The position numbers were made by a program, and so were the translations under genes. Shown piece by piece: positions 51,913 to 64,000 of a stretch of DNA of 64,000 nucleotides. Position 1 is the stretch's first letter; the number at the start of each line of letters is the position of its first letter. The notes below the pieces were generated by a model. It searched no databases, had not been told where the DNA came from, and saw nothing but the letters and a program-made list of their open reading frames with translations. Origin of the DNA: Podarcis cretensis (Eukaryota); NCBI GenBank assembly GCA_951804945.1, contig OX638158.1, positions 44,888,001-44,952,000 on the forward strand, given 5' to 3'.

Positions 51913-52362
51913 GTCTAGGGGATGGAGCTGGCAGGGCATTCATGTTGATAATGGGCCCATAATGAATGTATAAGGGATGAGCACTCGAACCCTCTTCCCA
52001 ACATGAATGCCTTCCAGCTCCATTCCCAAGATACCTGACGAGTCATGTGTCTGAAGGAGAAACCTATGTAAGTACAGGTATATGCATATAAAACTCCTCT
52101 TAACGATTGGGAGCTCTGCACTATCAGGTACTCTCACTGATCTTAGCGTCTTATTTCACAACTGAACTGAATATGCCAAGGTTTGGGGACTGGGACTGGG
52201 ATGGGTATTAATGTTAGGGGCATGACCAGTGCACCAGCCCTACTTGCTTCTGTCACGACTGAAAATTGGCCGCTGTTTCTTTAACGCTTAAAAAGCTGGT
52301 CAGCATGAGTCAGCGGCCTGCGCCCTATATATAGAGTGAGAAATGTTAGTTTGTTGTTGGGC

Positions 52363-52398
52363 TGGTTGGTTGGTTGGTTGGTTAGTTAGTTAGTTAGT
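52363..52398. repeat. (GTTG)n(GTTA)n compound microsatellite
   Basis: Direct read. Confidence 0.9.
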
Positions 52399-52692
52399 GA
52401 AAGCTGGTAGTGTTGATGTATGTACAGTTGGTCAGTCGCTTTTGCAGAAAGACTTTTAAGAATAAAAAGCAGAAAGTACTCTGCAAGGATACTTTTCTTG
52501 TGGACTCTTTTAGGCCGACAAGGGTCCAAGGATCCGGCTGAGGCGACAAAGGGAGGTCAGAACCTTTTTTGTTTTTCAAAAACACTGACAGCTTCTTCAC
52601 AGTTCTCTGGATGTGCACAGGCAAAAGTCTGAAAGGGGCTGCAGTAGGCATATTGTTAAGCTAGATGCTTCAGATATCCTGAGAACAACTTA

Positions 52693-52949
52693 CCGTATTT
52701 TTTGCTCTATAAGACTCACTTTTTACCTCCTAAAAAGTAAGGGGAAATGTGTGTGCATCTTATGGAGCGAATGCAGGCTGCGCAGCTATCCCAGAAGCCA
52801 GAACAGCAAGAGGGATTGCTGCTTTCACCGCGCAGCGATCCTTCTTGCTGTTCTGGCTTCTGAGATTCAGATTTTTTTTTCTTGTTTTCCTCCTCCAAAA
52901 ACTAGGTGCGTCTTGTGGTCTGGTGCGTCTTATAGAGCGAAAAATACGG
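52693..52949. mobile_element. pogo-type MITE (CCGTATTTT termini)
   Basis: TIRs CCGTATTTTTTGCTCTATAAGAC / GTCTTATAGAGCGAAAAATACGG; TA TSD. Confidence 0.88.
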
Positions 52950-53743
52950 TATTTGTTGTTGTTCATCATATTAGGGTTTTCTTTCTGGCTGCATCTATTA
53001 GCCTTGGGAGTATAAAAAAATAAACATAACCCTAGCAACAAATAATATTCACCCCACCACTAATATTTTGCAATAGAAACTTTAAAAAGACCAGGCTATA
53101 ACATGAGAATTGTGGTCTTCTGGATCAACTTGGTATTCTGAATCTACTGTGAGAAGAACGAACTGATTTGGCTGATAGGCACAAGGATAAGAAACGTTAT
53201 GGGAAATGGAGGAAGAAGACCCACATGAACTTATGACATTGTTTAAGGTTCCCAGATAAGGATAAGGAAAAAATGAGCCCAAACAAGAAAGCAGCAATAC
53301 AGCTCAATCAGAGCAGGCAAGTTGAAGGGCATTTAATTATTACAAGGAGAGGGCAGGTCAAACTTAGAATAAAAATATTACAAAACCAGGACTGGCTGAG
53401 CAGAGGCTTGCTTCCCTTGCAGTTGTTCACCGCACCATAAAATGCCTTATGGCATACTGTAAGATCACTAGGTTTATTCCATGCCTTTATTTTTTAAAAA
53501 AATGTTTCAAATTCAACAGTGAGTGCAATTAGAAGCAATAATAAAAAACACTTTGCTACCAGAAAGGCATATGTGCAATTAAATTATTATCCTCAAACAA
53601 GCAGCTTTAAGTACTAAAGCAAGAGAAATGATACTAGTATCTTATAATTCTTTCTTGAGCCAGCACTGATACATAAATTTGTTGAATTATAGTTTGGATA
53701 ATTCTTTCCCTCTTTGCAATTTACAGTTGATAATACACTGTCA

Positions 53744-53784
<41 letters not shown>

Positions 53785-53790
53785 TATTAT
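53744..53790. repeat. (ATT)n microsatellite
   Basis: Direct read. Confidence 0.95.
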
Positions 53791-54419
53791 TTTAAAAAAC
53801 CACCTAAATGTGCCCAACTTAAAAATCAGTGTTAAGCTAGGGTGGCTATTTGTCCTACTTTTTTCATTAAAGTTTTTCTCTGCTTGAAGAGCAGTCTGGT
53901 CCAAGTCTGGTTTAAAGATAAAGAACCACTGAGGGAGAGAGCAAGGTGTCCATCAACAGGCTGCACCTGGAGAGCATGCTGAGCAGGCATGCAGGAAGTT
54001 TTCACCCCTACCTTGAGATGTACTGTATTTCTATTTATAATACAGTAATTCTTTCTGATTTTTTTAATCTATACCCATGAATTAGCACATGCATATTTTA
54101 TGGAAACCTGTGTCCTATTTTTGTTGACATGCTACCTTTTGGTGAGGTAAAGTTATGTGGCCACCATATATTACACTTTTCTTAAATCTGAAACACATTG
54201 CCTTCAAAAAGATTAAATGTTGTAAATAAATAAATATAAATAAATAAATGCAATTCTTTCAGAAAGATGTCTTAAGTTTACCCCAAGTGATCCTCACAGG
54301 CACTGTGGGAGGGCTAAATTGGTACCTCATCCCACTCTGTCCTACTCCTCTGCCCTTGTCAAAACAAAATAAAAAATTCCTTCCAGTAGCACCTTAAAGA
54401 CCAACTAAGTTAGTTCTTG

Positions 54420-54456
54420 GTATGAGCTTTCGTGTGCATGCACACTTCTTCAGATA
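54420..54456 (-). ncRNA. Second copy of the minimal hammerhead motif, on the TRHDE sense strand
   Basis: Minus strand TAT-CTGAAGA-AGTGTGCATGCACAC-GAAAGCTC^ATAC; stem I only 3 bp. Confidence 0.65.
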
Positions 54457-54463
54457 GTGAAGT

Positions 54464-54501
54464 GTATCTGAAGAAGTGTGCATGCACACGAAAGCTCATA
54501 C
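54464..54501 (+). ncRNA. Minimal type I hammerhead ribozyme motif (Penelope-associated)
   Basis: GTAT-CTGAAGA-A-GTGTG(CATG)CACAC-GAA-AGCT-C^ATAC: stem I GTAT/ATAC, CUGANGA core, stem II, GAAA, palindromic AGCU in place of stem III, cleavage predicted after C54497. Confidence 0.75.
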
Positions 54502-56329
54502 CAAGAACTAACTTAGTTGGTCTTTAAGGTGCTACTGGAAGGAATTTTTTTATTTTGTTTTGACTATGGCAGACCAACACGGCTACCTATCTGTAACTCT
54601 CCTCTGCCCTTGTTTCTCTCTCTGCACCTCACTGTCACTCCATCCACAAATATGTCTGACACAGTCTATGTGATCCCATATCCCACTTTCATGAACCAGT
54701 TGGAATTGTTTCAGCGTTTGGGGGCATGGCTACCTCTGGCCTTGTTCTGCATTCACCACCCCAGTTTTCCAAAAATTTCTCTTGTTGCTGTTTCCTTTCA
54801 ATTACACAAGGCAAACAACAACAACAACAACAACGTCACACACAAAACAAATCCAGCACCTGAAAATGGCTATGGCTCAACTTACTCCTTAATACAGGAA
54901 CTTTTCTTCCTAGTGCAATTTCTGGTTTTTCTCCCTCCCCTCTGCCCTCAGATGAATTAATGTGTACCTGAAAGAGCTAGAGATGGCTCGGATAAAGATA
55001 GCACCAGATTTGAAGAGGATTGGGGATGGGCAGTATAACATTAAAATCTTCCTCTGCAGATGATGTAGTAGGGCAGAGACAGTAACCTGACCTTCTACCA
55101 GGTGAGTCACTGCTGCTTACCACAAGGCAAGAGGGATGGGGTGAACCGGCGGCAACTTCAGCGAGGAGGAAATCCACCAGAAGGGACATCAAATTAGCTC
55201 AGTTGGTGTGTTCGTTCAACACTACCACACCCTCTGGGGAAGCAGCAGCGACTCACCAGCTGGTCTCAGGTAAGCACCTCGGTCCCACCATACTATCTGT
55301 TACTTGTCTTCCTCCTAAAATGTGCTAGTGCGTTCTTTGCTTACAAAGGTGGATTTAGGGGAGCATGACTGGTTCGCCTGCCCTGGGCACCAAGCTGAGA
55401 GGGCACCAGAACAATGATGTCAAATGGAAGGCAAGAGCGGGTGTGCCAAACGTCGGGTGCCGCTGAAATTTGAAAGCCCAAAGTCCACAACTGTTGCTTA
55501 TAGCAGATCTCTAGAACTTGTGGGCTGCCAAGCTGAGTAAAGTCCATCTGCCCTTGCATTGTGCCCCCTTTTCGCAGTCCCATACTGATTGCAAAGAAGG
55601 GGTGCTTACTGGGCACTGTGGCCATAGGATGTAGATGGTTATTTGCAGGTTGTCTCGAGTTGTGGAGGCCTATCAAATAAAGGCATGCTGGTGGTCCGTT
55701 CTGAGCCCCACAGAGGTAATAAGTGAGGGAAATGTCTCTCTGTGTGTTTACTAATGAACATTATGGATTAGCAACCCTTCATTATGGCTACATTAACAGT
55801 TAAGTAATCAGTGAACACTGAAAACAGCAATGCACTAAGATCTGAACCAGGGCCCCAAACTGAGAAAAACACAGAATGTATCATTTATGAAGTCATACAC
55901 ATAGTGATTTAAATAAAATGTTTGCAGTTGTGAAGCTCTAAATTTGAGAGACCTGAAGGAAGTACCGTAGCTGTGTCTTCCCCTCAGAAACCAGCAACTC
56001 AACATCACAGAACATGCAGAGAAAAGACAGAGGAAGACTGTCAGTCAGAATAGATAGGTCAGCTCTGTTCAGGTGGTTCTTTGACAAGTTTCTTTGTAGG
56101 AAACGTAGTTGATGTAAGAGACTTTTAAGATATCATGCTAAACTATAGTTTGGTGGTACATGAATGAGTCTGGGGCTCATGAATTCTTCCTGCTCCTCTC
56201 CTCTTTTGCTGCAGGCATGAGGAGAATAGAAGCATTTGTTTCCATTTTCAACTAACCACTGTTTGTAATTATCTCTGAACTGGGACAAACTGTGGTTAAT
56301 CTTAGCAATTGTTTTGGGAAAACAAGCAA

Positions 56330-57520
56330 ACAGCAGATGTTTTCTAAAATTTGTATAGCTGTTTATCTCCTCAACATCTGATGGGAGGACATTCCACAAG
56401 GTGGGCACCACTACCAAGAAGGTCCTCTGCCTGGTTCTCTGTAACCTCACTTCTCTTAGTGTGGGAGCCACCAGAAGGCACTTGAAGCTAGATCTCAGTG
56501 CCCGGGCTGAACAATGTGGGCAGAGACACTCCTTCAGGTATACTGGGCCAAGGCCATTTAGGGCTTTAAATGTCAGCACCAACACTTTGACTTCTGCTCA
56601 GAAACGTACTAGGAGCCAGTGTAGATCCTGTAGGATAGGTGTTATATGGTTCTGTCAGCCGCTCCCAGTCACCAGTCTAGCTGCCAAATTCTCGATTAGT
56701 TGTAGCTTCCAAGTCAACTTCAAAGCTAGCCCCACATAGAGTACTTTGCAGTAGATGAAGCGGGGGATAACCAGTGCATGTACCACTATGGTGAAACAGT
56801 GTGTAAGCAGGTAGGGTCTCAACTAACGTACCAAATGAAACTGACAGACAGCTACCCTGGACACAGAAATGACCTGAGCCTCCATGGACAGCTGTGAGTA
56901 CAAAATGACTCCAAGGCTGCATACCTAGTCCTTCAGGGGCATAGTTATCCCATTCAGGACCAGGAATCCCCCACCCGCCCACCCTCTATCCCTCAGAAAC
57001 AGGACTTCTGACTTCTTGGGAGTCAACCTCAATCCATTAGGACCAGTGGTTCCCAATCTTTTTTTGGTCATGCCCCACCTAAGCATCTCTAAAATCCTGA
57101 TGCCCTCCCCGTGGCATATAATTCCTATTATTCAAAAAGTGAACTCCTATTCACATGGAGGAAGCCCAAAAGGCCATTAACTGTTAATAACTCATTCTCA
57201 AATTGCTTCCCTTAAAAATCAAATTGCCCCTCTGTATGGTGTGTGCCCCACATTGGGAACCACGGCATTAAACATTATCCATCCTCCAATCGCCTCCAGA
57301 CACTCACACAGGACATTCACTGTCTTCACTAGTTACAATATAAAGGAGAAGTAGAGCTGGGTATCATCCGCATACTGGCGAACACTCAGCCTGAACTCCC
57401 TGATATCTCTCCTAGCGGCTTCATATAGATGTTAAAAAGCATGGAGAGGTCAGAGCCCTGTGGCACCCCACAAGTAAGTGCCCTGGGGTCCGAACACTCA
57501 CCCCCCAAACACCACTTTAT
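56330..57520 (-). mobile_element. Degenerate L2 LINE fragment (RT and C-terminus), interrupted by a hAT MITE
   Basis: Minus strand GVPQGS (~57460), QYADDTQLY (~57350-57378) and LVLTFKALNGLGPVYL...PTLWNVLP (ORF 56133..56585). Confidence 0.85.
57044..57265. mobile_element. hAT-type MITE nested in the L2
   Basis: TIRs CAGTGGTTCCCAA / TTGGGAACCACGG; imperfect TSD (CATTAGGAC / CATTAAAC). Confidence 0.75.
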
Positions 57521-59229
57521 ACAAAAACTTGTATCTTCAAGTAAGCAGCATGTACAATTCTAGGGTCAAGCAGACTGAGAAGAGACAAATAATATAGTAC
57601 ACGGTGTATAGTAGCCATGGGACAAAGAATAAATTAGCTGAACTATTAGAAACAAAGGTATTATATTCCTTCTCATATAGTGGTAATGTCTCTAAGAAAC
57701 AGAGCAGGAAAAAATGATTTATTAATTTTTCTTATTGAAATAAGATGAAAACCTGCCATGCGGTGCACTCTGCCCAACCACCCAGGACTTTTTTATAATC
57801 AGCCTCAGTTTCAAGTATTACTAGACAGATCTTAACAAGCAATTGGATATCTTAATAGATTATCATGCATTATTGAAAATCCAGGCAAGAATACACAAAC
57901 AGAAAGCGAGAGTGTGTGTGTGAGAGAAATGTACAGGAAATGTACAGAATATTTTCAATTTAGCTATAGACCACCCCCAAAAAACTAAAGTGCCTACCAA
58001 TGGATAGGAAAAAAGAAGACTCAAGGAAAATTAAAATATCATGCGTGTTTTAAAGACCCAAGCAGTGGTTTCCAGGAAGCAAAATAAATAATATTTTGTT
58101 ATGTGCAGTGCTGATTTCCTGCAAGTAATCTAGCCTTATTTCTTACTGTTTGCATTTGGTTGGGGGACTGGTTAATTGCAGTAATGTCCGTGCACATTCC
58201 TGCACCAGTAGAGAGTAAGTACTAGATTATGATGGAAAAAAGGAGTCAGGTCTGACCTGGGGGTGGAGTGGAGGAGGGGCAGCATTGCTGTGCTGCCACC
58301 CCTCTCCTGTACAGGCCTGTGCGGCACCCAGCCACAGCTCTGCTCCTGTGTCACTTCTGACCCAGGAGGCAGAAAGAAACAGGGGCATCGCAGCAGAGTT
58401 GCTGCCCCTCTCCTCAGCTAACCCACTGAGTGGGGGTTGGAGGCTTGGAGGGCAATTTTCGCCCTCCATGCTCCCCGCCGCAATTGCTAGAAAGCCTTCC
58501 AGGAAGGCACTCTGGCAATCCTCAAAGGGACACCTGTGCATCCCAGTAGGCCTGGACGGATTGGGGGGCATTGCGTGTGTGACGGCACACACACACAACA
58601 CCCCCCCCCAATGTTGGGTCACCTGATCACTCCTAAGTAACACCACCCAACAATTAAAACTCAATTGCATCCCTGGTTTTCTGGGATTTTGGGGAGGGGG
58701 GTGTTAATGAAGCAGTTGAGGAGACAGGAGGAACACAAATGGAATGAAACTCAAAATGAGTCCAGCTGAACACTGGCTTTCAGTATCCCAGGCCACTAAA
58801 TTCTTGTGAACCAGCTGATAGAGATGGGGACTGGGAACACGGTGCTCATGGTTTCACTCTTATGAAGATGTCAGATTCCAAAAGGTGATGGCAGGGGATT
58901 TTAGCTTAGTGCTGTGGCATGTTTCCTATGCTGTTTTAGAACATAGGAACTGGGTGGTATCATGGCAACTAACTATCTTCACTTGTAATCTGATCTAGGA
59001 GTATCCATGAACAATCCTTAGCATCCTCGTCACCATTTTACAAACATCAGCTAATGTATATCCTGTGATCTCTCCTGCCTCTAATTGTTTTTAATACTTG
59101 AAAATTCTCTGTTGATTTTATTGATTTTTGGCTTTACCTGCTATTGTATTTTACTGTTTAGGTGTGAGTGTTTTCCTACTGCTTTTATGGATTTTATCTT
59201 TTATTTAGGGGTTTCATTAATTGTAAGTA

Positions 59230-59466
59230 CAGTGGTACCTCAGGTTACATACGCTTCAGGTTACATACGCTTCAGGTTACAGACTCTGCTAACCCAGAAA
59301 TAGTACCTCGGGTTAAATAACTTTGCTTCAGGATGAGAACAGAAATCTCACGGCAGCAGCGGGAGGCCCCATTAGCTAAAGTGGTGCTTCAGGTTAAGAA
59401 CAGTTTCAGGTTAAGAACGGACCTCCGGAATGAATTAAGTACCGTACGTAATCAGAGGTACCACTG
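59230..59466. mobile_element. Tigger/pogo-like MITE
   Basis: TA-CAGTGGTACCTC...GAGGTACCACTG-TA; internal 17-bp tandem repeat TCAGGTTACATACGCT(T). Confidence 0.88.
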
Positions 59467-60199
59467 TACTGTAAGATACCTTGAGGCAATGTGTGAGAAT
59501 AAACAAATAAGTAAGCCCAATCACATAACTGGAAGTGTGGGGTGTATCTTGGAAGTCCTAAGCATATATGGGTCAGTTCTGTGAGAAAGATTCATGTGAT
59601 AAGCTCATGCGGTTTTATAAATTACATATTTTCCCAGCAACTTGGGTGGCATTCCTTAAAAATACTTCCCAGGCAGCTAGGCTAACATTTAAAGGGTCTC
59701 TCAGCTTTAAGTGTCTGTCTAGTAGAGTGGATAAAAGGTCCTTGGCATGATGTATACAGTACAACCAAAACCACAAAAGATGTTAATTTATCACAGAGAC
59801 AGGAGATCCCACAGTAAACTAATGCAAACTGCTGATGATGCACTAAATCAAAGTGAGTGATGAACACAAATATAGCAGCAACTGAAGTTCAAAAGGATAC
59901 AGATTTGTGTGATCAATGAGCTGCCAAATGGCAAATGAAATGTAATGTAGACAAACTCACAGAAATACACATTGGTCTAAGAATAATCAAATCATGCAAA
60001 AGATAAATGCAAAAGGACTCTAAGCTAGCTATCCCCTCAGGGATGGATATGACAGCATATACCTCTTTAAACAAAGCCATACTAAGGTATATTTGATCTT
60101 CAACAACTATAGTTACAACCCATGTCCAAAGCGCAATATGAATATAGAAACTGATTTTTCTTTAAAAATAATAATGTATGGATTTTTTTAAAAAGTGTT

Positions 60200-60202
<3 letters not shown>

Positions 60203-60256
<54 letters not shown>
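60203..60256. repeat. (TC)n(AC)n compound microsatellite
   Basis: Direct read. Confidence 0.95.
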
Positions 60257-60257
<1 letters not shown>

Positions 60258-60549
60258 ATTTTACTAGGATACTTCATTCTTAAAAACAGGCCAAGTTACC
60301 TACCAATGTCAGTTCATGTAAGGAATAACCACAAACAAAACTATTTTAAATGAAATCATCACACATCAGTCAATGGCCGTCAGCCAGGAGAGAGAGAAAA
60401 CTTTCCCCTAATGGTTTGATATAGACATCCATTTACAGTGATGTAAGGAGGGCTTTAGAAGAATGCTAACCATTTCCCCATCCCACCCACCCCCATCAGC
60501 TGCCTTATTACCTTTAAAACTTCTACCAGAAATAGACACTGCAGAGACA

Positions 60550-60866
60550 GCTTAATGCAGTGGTGAATGCTGGACTAGGAACTGGGAGACCAGCACTGCC
60601 ACTCGCAAGTGTCGCCAAAGCCACCTATCGTCTGTCCCCTCGCCAACAGAAGCCAACAATCACCCGCCCAATTGCCACAGTGACAACCAATCAACACCAG
60701 CCCTTGCCTCAGCCACCAATAACATGCCCAATCACCACTCACAATCTCCTGCTCTTGGCAGTAACCAATCCCACGCCCCCCCCCCATGCACTATCCATGT
60801 ATAAGACAACCCCCAACATAATTTTAAAATAAAAAAACCCTTGTCTTATACATGGAAAAGTACGGT
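60550..60866. mobile_element. Probable truncated pogo-type element (right end only) with low-complexity CCA/ACC-rich interior
   Basis: GTCTTATACATGGAAAAGTACGG terminus, plus inverted subterminal copy CCATGTATAAGACAA at 60795. Confidence 0.45.
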
Positions 60867-62233
60867 GTTATTAATTACAACAACCTCCAAATACTTGAAA
60901 ATGATGTTGATGGGTTATACCATATTATCCTCACAGCAGCAGTTGGACTAGGGTTAGGGTGAGACATAGTGACATAAAAGTTTACTTGCTGAGATTTGTA
61001 GGTAGGGAACATTTGAACCTCAGTCCCCCAGTGCTATAAAGCCATACTAGCTGTCTATTTCTACCTTCTATTTCTTCAGGTAATCATTTCCATTTATTTA
61101 TTTAATATGTTTTTGCACATTTATAGCACCAGGTCTTTCAAGGTGGCTTCCAGTGTATTAAAAAGACACGGAATATCCAACAAACACTCAAATGTAACCA
61201 TAAACTGCCATATATTCCCAATTTAACAGTAAAAACAGGAGTATCAATAGCAACAAGAACATCCAGACAAGCATAACAATACTAAAACCAAAATGCAGGT
61301 AAACATGATTAGTTTAGAATGGGTATATTAACCATTTTTAAGTTCCTGCACACAAGTTTCTGGTGGGTTCCCTTCCCCTGAGGCAAGCAAGCCTAAAAAG
61401 AAAGGTCTATATGCATACATATTATAGAAACAAGAAAACCAGATGTTTGGAGGCAATTCAACAAAACTCTATTTCAAAACACCACCAATCAAAATCCTGC
61501 CAAATTTCTGGGAGAGAGAAAAAGTATTCTGATATTATTTCAGTCATTGCCATATTACACACATCTTTATATGGTACAGATGGTATGCTTATTTAACTTT
61601 TGTTTTCTATTTTACCTTCCAGTCTACAGGGTTGAAGATAGAATTACCATGTTAAAATATGACCTGATCCCAGATGTAGTTTATTTAAATTTCAGATTGA
61701 AAAGCTTACTAAGAACAGATAAGATTGATTGCTCCTTCCATTTTAGCATAATTGTATTTCAGGTGAACATCAATTTACTTTAAAGGACACCTCTAAGTAA
61801 CAGACTGCATCATACATAATTCATCAATCACAGCTGCCTGTTACATGATTTACTTAAACAGATTTCAATGGAATAAAGGGAGTTGCATTGTTTTTCTGCA
61901 TTGGCTTGTTTGCTTTTAAATTGTTTTGGAAACTTTAATTTACTTGGAATTGTTCTTGGAAAGAGTTTATCCTTGGCAAAGTGCAAGCTAACATTCACAC
62001 CATTCAAAATTTCATCCAGATGTGCTGGCCATTAATTTACTGTTAAATGCAAAGTGAGTTTCCAAAATATCATTAAGGCAATGAAGAAATCGTGCTAATC
62101 AAAAGCAAAAGGGTTTTGATGAGAGAGAACTATTTCTTCACAATATTATGACAGTTTTTTAAAAATATAGCTTGCGTTTTCATTGCTTTTGTACTTTAAA
62201 AATCTAACCCCATTCCTTCTGAAATCACTTAAA

Positions 62234-62237
<4 letters not shown>

Positions 62238-62276
<39 letters not shown>
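62238..62276. repeat. (TA)n microsatellite ~270 nt downstream of the 62548 splice donor
   Basis: Direct read. Confidence 0.95.
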
Positions 62277-62279
<3 letters not shown>

Positions 62280-62547
62280 TGAAGATAGCAATTTTTCTCA
62301 AAAAGGTGCAAGTTCATGATGGATTCACAAATGGATTAAAAAATGGCGGAAGGCACCTTTATTTTCTTAAATGGCACAAGGTTTTACACTGCACTATCTA
62401 TTTTTTCCTGCTAAAGCTTGTCTTAAATATATATCAGCAATGCAACAGCTGTAGTTTCAAAAACTAACAGAAATATATGCAACAAAAACACAAAGGCAGA
62501 AATGCAAGCACAAGCACACAAGAAAAGAAGGAATGTTTTCTACATAC

Positions 62548-62613
62548 TTGTAGGCCCATCTGAAACACTGAGTGACCCATAAAATTAGCCAGCATTCGAA
62601 TTAAAGCTGCGCC
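62548..62613 (-). CDS. TRHDE: TRHDE coding exon (66 nt, ~exon 7): GAALIRMLANFMGHSVFQMGLQ
   Basis: ttcacag|GGCGCAGCT...CTACAA|gtatgt; phase 0-0; M1 peptidase KGAxxxRML motif. Confidence 0.95.
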
Positions 62614-63153
62614 CTGTGAACATAATTCATAAAAGGAAATGTTGAAAAAAAATTACACAAACATTCTTACAGCAATAGCATATGCAATATACATTTAGTC
62701 CCTTTAATGATTATTATAGGCTTATCATAAATAATTACATTTAGAAGCAGGCAATTTTTTATTCAACATAAGCCGAGTATGAACTCACACATGCTTTGTG
62801 GAAGCAAGAGATAAAAGAAACATATTATCTGGAAGTGGGAAGCTAATAAACCATAAAACATAAATATTACCAAATGTAGTGACATGTTAGAAAAGCACAT
62901 TATTTTCATTAGCTAGCACAACACTGTTTCACCTTAAGAAGAAAAGTGTAATGAGATGGATGAAACAAAAATAAAATATGACAGGTGCAACACACATAGA
63001 GTATATCAGATTGAACTAGGCTAAGAAAACATGGCTGATTGAGGTCCAGTCACAAGCCCCTATGTAATGTTAAATTATGGGTTGACATTACATACATGAG
63101 TCATGGGCTCCTGCCCTCTGCCCTCCTCCTTGGGTGCAGCTCTTTTTAACTTA

Positions 63154-63240
63154 CCGTATTTTTCGCACCATAGGACGCACTTTTTCCCCTCCAAAAATGA
63201 AGGGGAAATGTGTGTGCGTCCTATGGTGCGAAAAATACGG
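63154..63240. mobile_element. 87-bp minimal pogo-type MITE
   Basis: Perfect 27-bp TIR CCGTATTTTTCGCACCATAGGACGCAC; TA TSD. Confidence 0.9.
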
Positions 63241-63363
63241 TACATTGGTTACCTGTTTTGTCTAAATGCAGGCAGAATGTGGTTAGCCTTATCTATGATT
63301 TAGGAAACAAACAGACTTCAAACCACGTTCATGATACTGGCATGCTGTGTGAAGGTAACAAAT

Positions 63364-63790
63364 AGCCATCATGACTATTCTCAATTGATAGCCCTTGTTG
63401 TCCTCCATCATTTTTCTTTTTCCCATTTTAAAGCCATCTAAGGTGGTGGGCAGAACCACACATTATAGCAAATTCCACTATTTAACTATGCGCCGTGTGA
63501 AGAAGTACTGCCCATTGTCTGTCCTAGATCGTCTACTCTTCAGATTCATTGGAGGCATTATGAGAGAGAGAACTTATTTTTCTCCACCTTTTTCATACAT
63601 GTCAATAATAATGTTATACACATCTAACAAGCTTCCCACCTCTTCCCCAAGCCCAAGATGTTGTATGCTTTCATTATAGGGAGTTTGTCCAGCCCATTGT
63701 TCATTTTGGTTGCTCTTTTCTGCACCTTTACAGCTCTACAATATCCTTTTTGAGATGTGGCAACCAGAACTGTTTACAGTTGCATGTGCA
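63364..63790 (-). mobile_element. Old CR1-type LINE fragment
   Basis: Collinear similarity to 10860-11280 (AAGCCATC..GGTGG, TGTCTGTCCT, ACCAGAACTG..ACAG). Confidence 0.65.
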
Positions 63791-64000
63791 CCAGAGCAAT
63801 CAGAATACACTCTTGAGCTTCAAGTTGGTGATTATAATGTTTAGCTTGTCAGAGGCTTCAACGGTGACCAGATTGGACATTTTATCTTGTGGCAAGCCCA
63901 ATGCAGTTTGCAAAATGGGTTTTATTTTATTTTTAAAGACAACTTTGCAAAAGTAAGAAAAAATGTCCACCTTTTAATCATATTAAACAAACACATTTAA

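Larger units (their letters stand above)
54360..54598. mobile_element. Penelope-like element remnant: terminal (pLTR-type) sequence with an inverted duplicate
   Basis: Arms 54358-54456 and 54465-54564 are reverse complements (one 1-nt difference in a homopolymer, 8-nt spacer). They are followed by ATGGCAGACCAACACGGCTACC, which I recall as a reptile Penelope terminus. 15-bp TSD CTCCTCTGCCCTTGT at 54345-54359 and 54599-54613. Confidence 0.85.
2565..62613 (-). other. TRHDE: TRHDE gene, internal portion (7 coding exons and 6 complete introns); gene extends beyond both window ends
   Basis: Seven minus-strand exons join in frame to GAALIRMLANFMGHSVFQMGLQ-DYLTIHKYGNAARKDLWNTLSE-ALKKVGKFVNIQEVMDQWTLQMGYPVITI...-SYLWQIPLTIAVGN...-EHHRI...WLLGNINQTGYFRVNYD...-VISVSNRAGLIDDAFNLAR-AGYLPQNIPLEIIRYL...FLPWHAASRALYPLDKLLD. 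This matches recalled vertebrate TRHDE protein. All junctions are AG/GT and the phases are consistent. Confidence 0.96.

Noticed and set aside
54358-54564. Long palindrome as an assembly fold-back artefact or a CRISPR-like repeat
   Set aside because: It is bounded by a clean 15-bp TSD and has a Penelope-type terminus; there is no repeat-spacer array and the context is eukaryotic.

Overview
Vertebrate genomic DNA, almost certainly from a squamate reptile (Sauria SINEs, BovB, CR1, L2 and Penelope content; a lacertid lizard is my best guess). The whole window lies inside a minus-strand TRHDE gene (thyrotropin-releasing hormone-degrading ectoenzyme / pyroglutamyl peptidase II, M1 aminopeptidase family). 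Seven internal coding exons (66, 66, 188, 89, 134, 56 and 148 nt; roughly exons 7-13 by recalled human structure) splice in frame through GT-AG introns. The introns hold many mobile elements. The most notable are: (1) a TSD-flanked L1-clade element with full 5'UTR and intact ORF1, whose ORF2 has lost the whole reverse transcriptase through an in-frame endonuclease/C-terminus fusion; (2) a TSD-flanked Penelope-type ~100-bp near-perfect inverted repeat carrying a minimal hammerhead ribozyme on each strand; (3) inverted Sauria SINE pairs beside and across two exons; (4) a ~136-bp palindromic hAT MITE family whose terminal repeats differ between copies yet stay self-complementary; (5) two SINEs with different tRNA heads sharing one CR1-type tail. 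Family names come from recalled motifs, not database searches.
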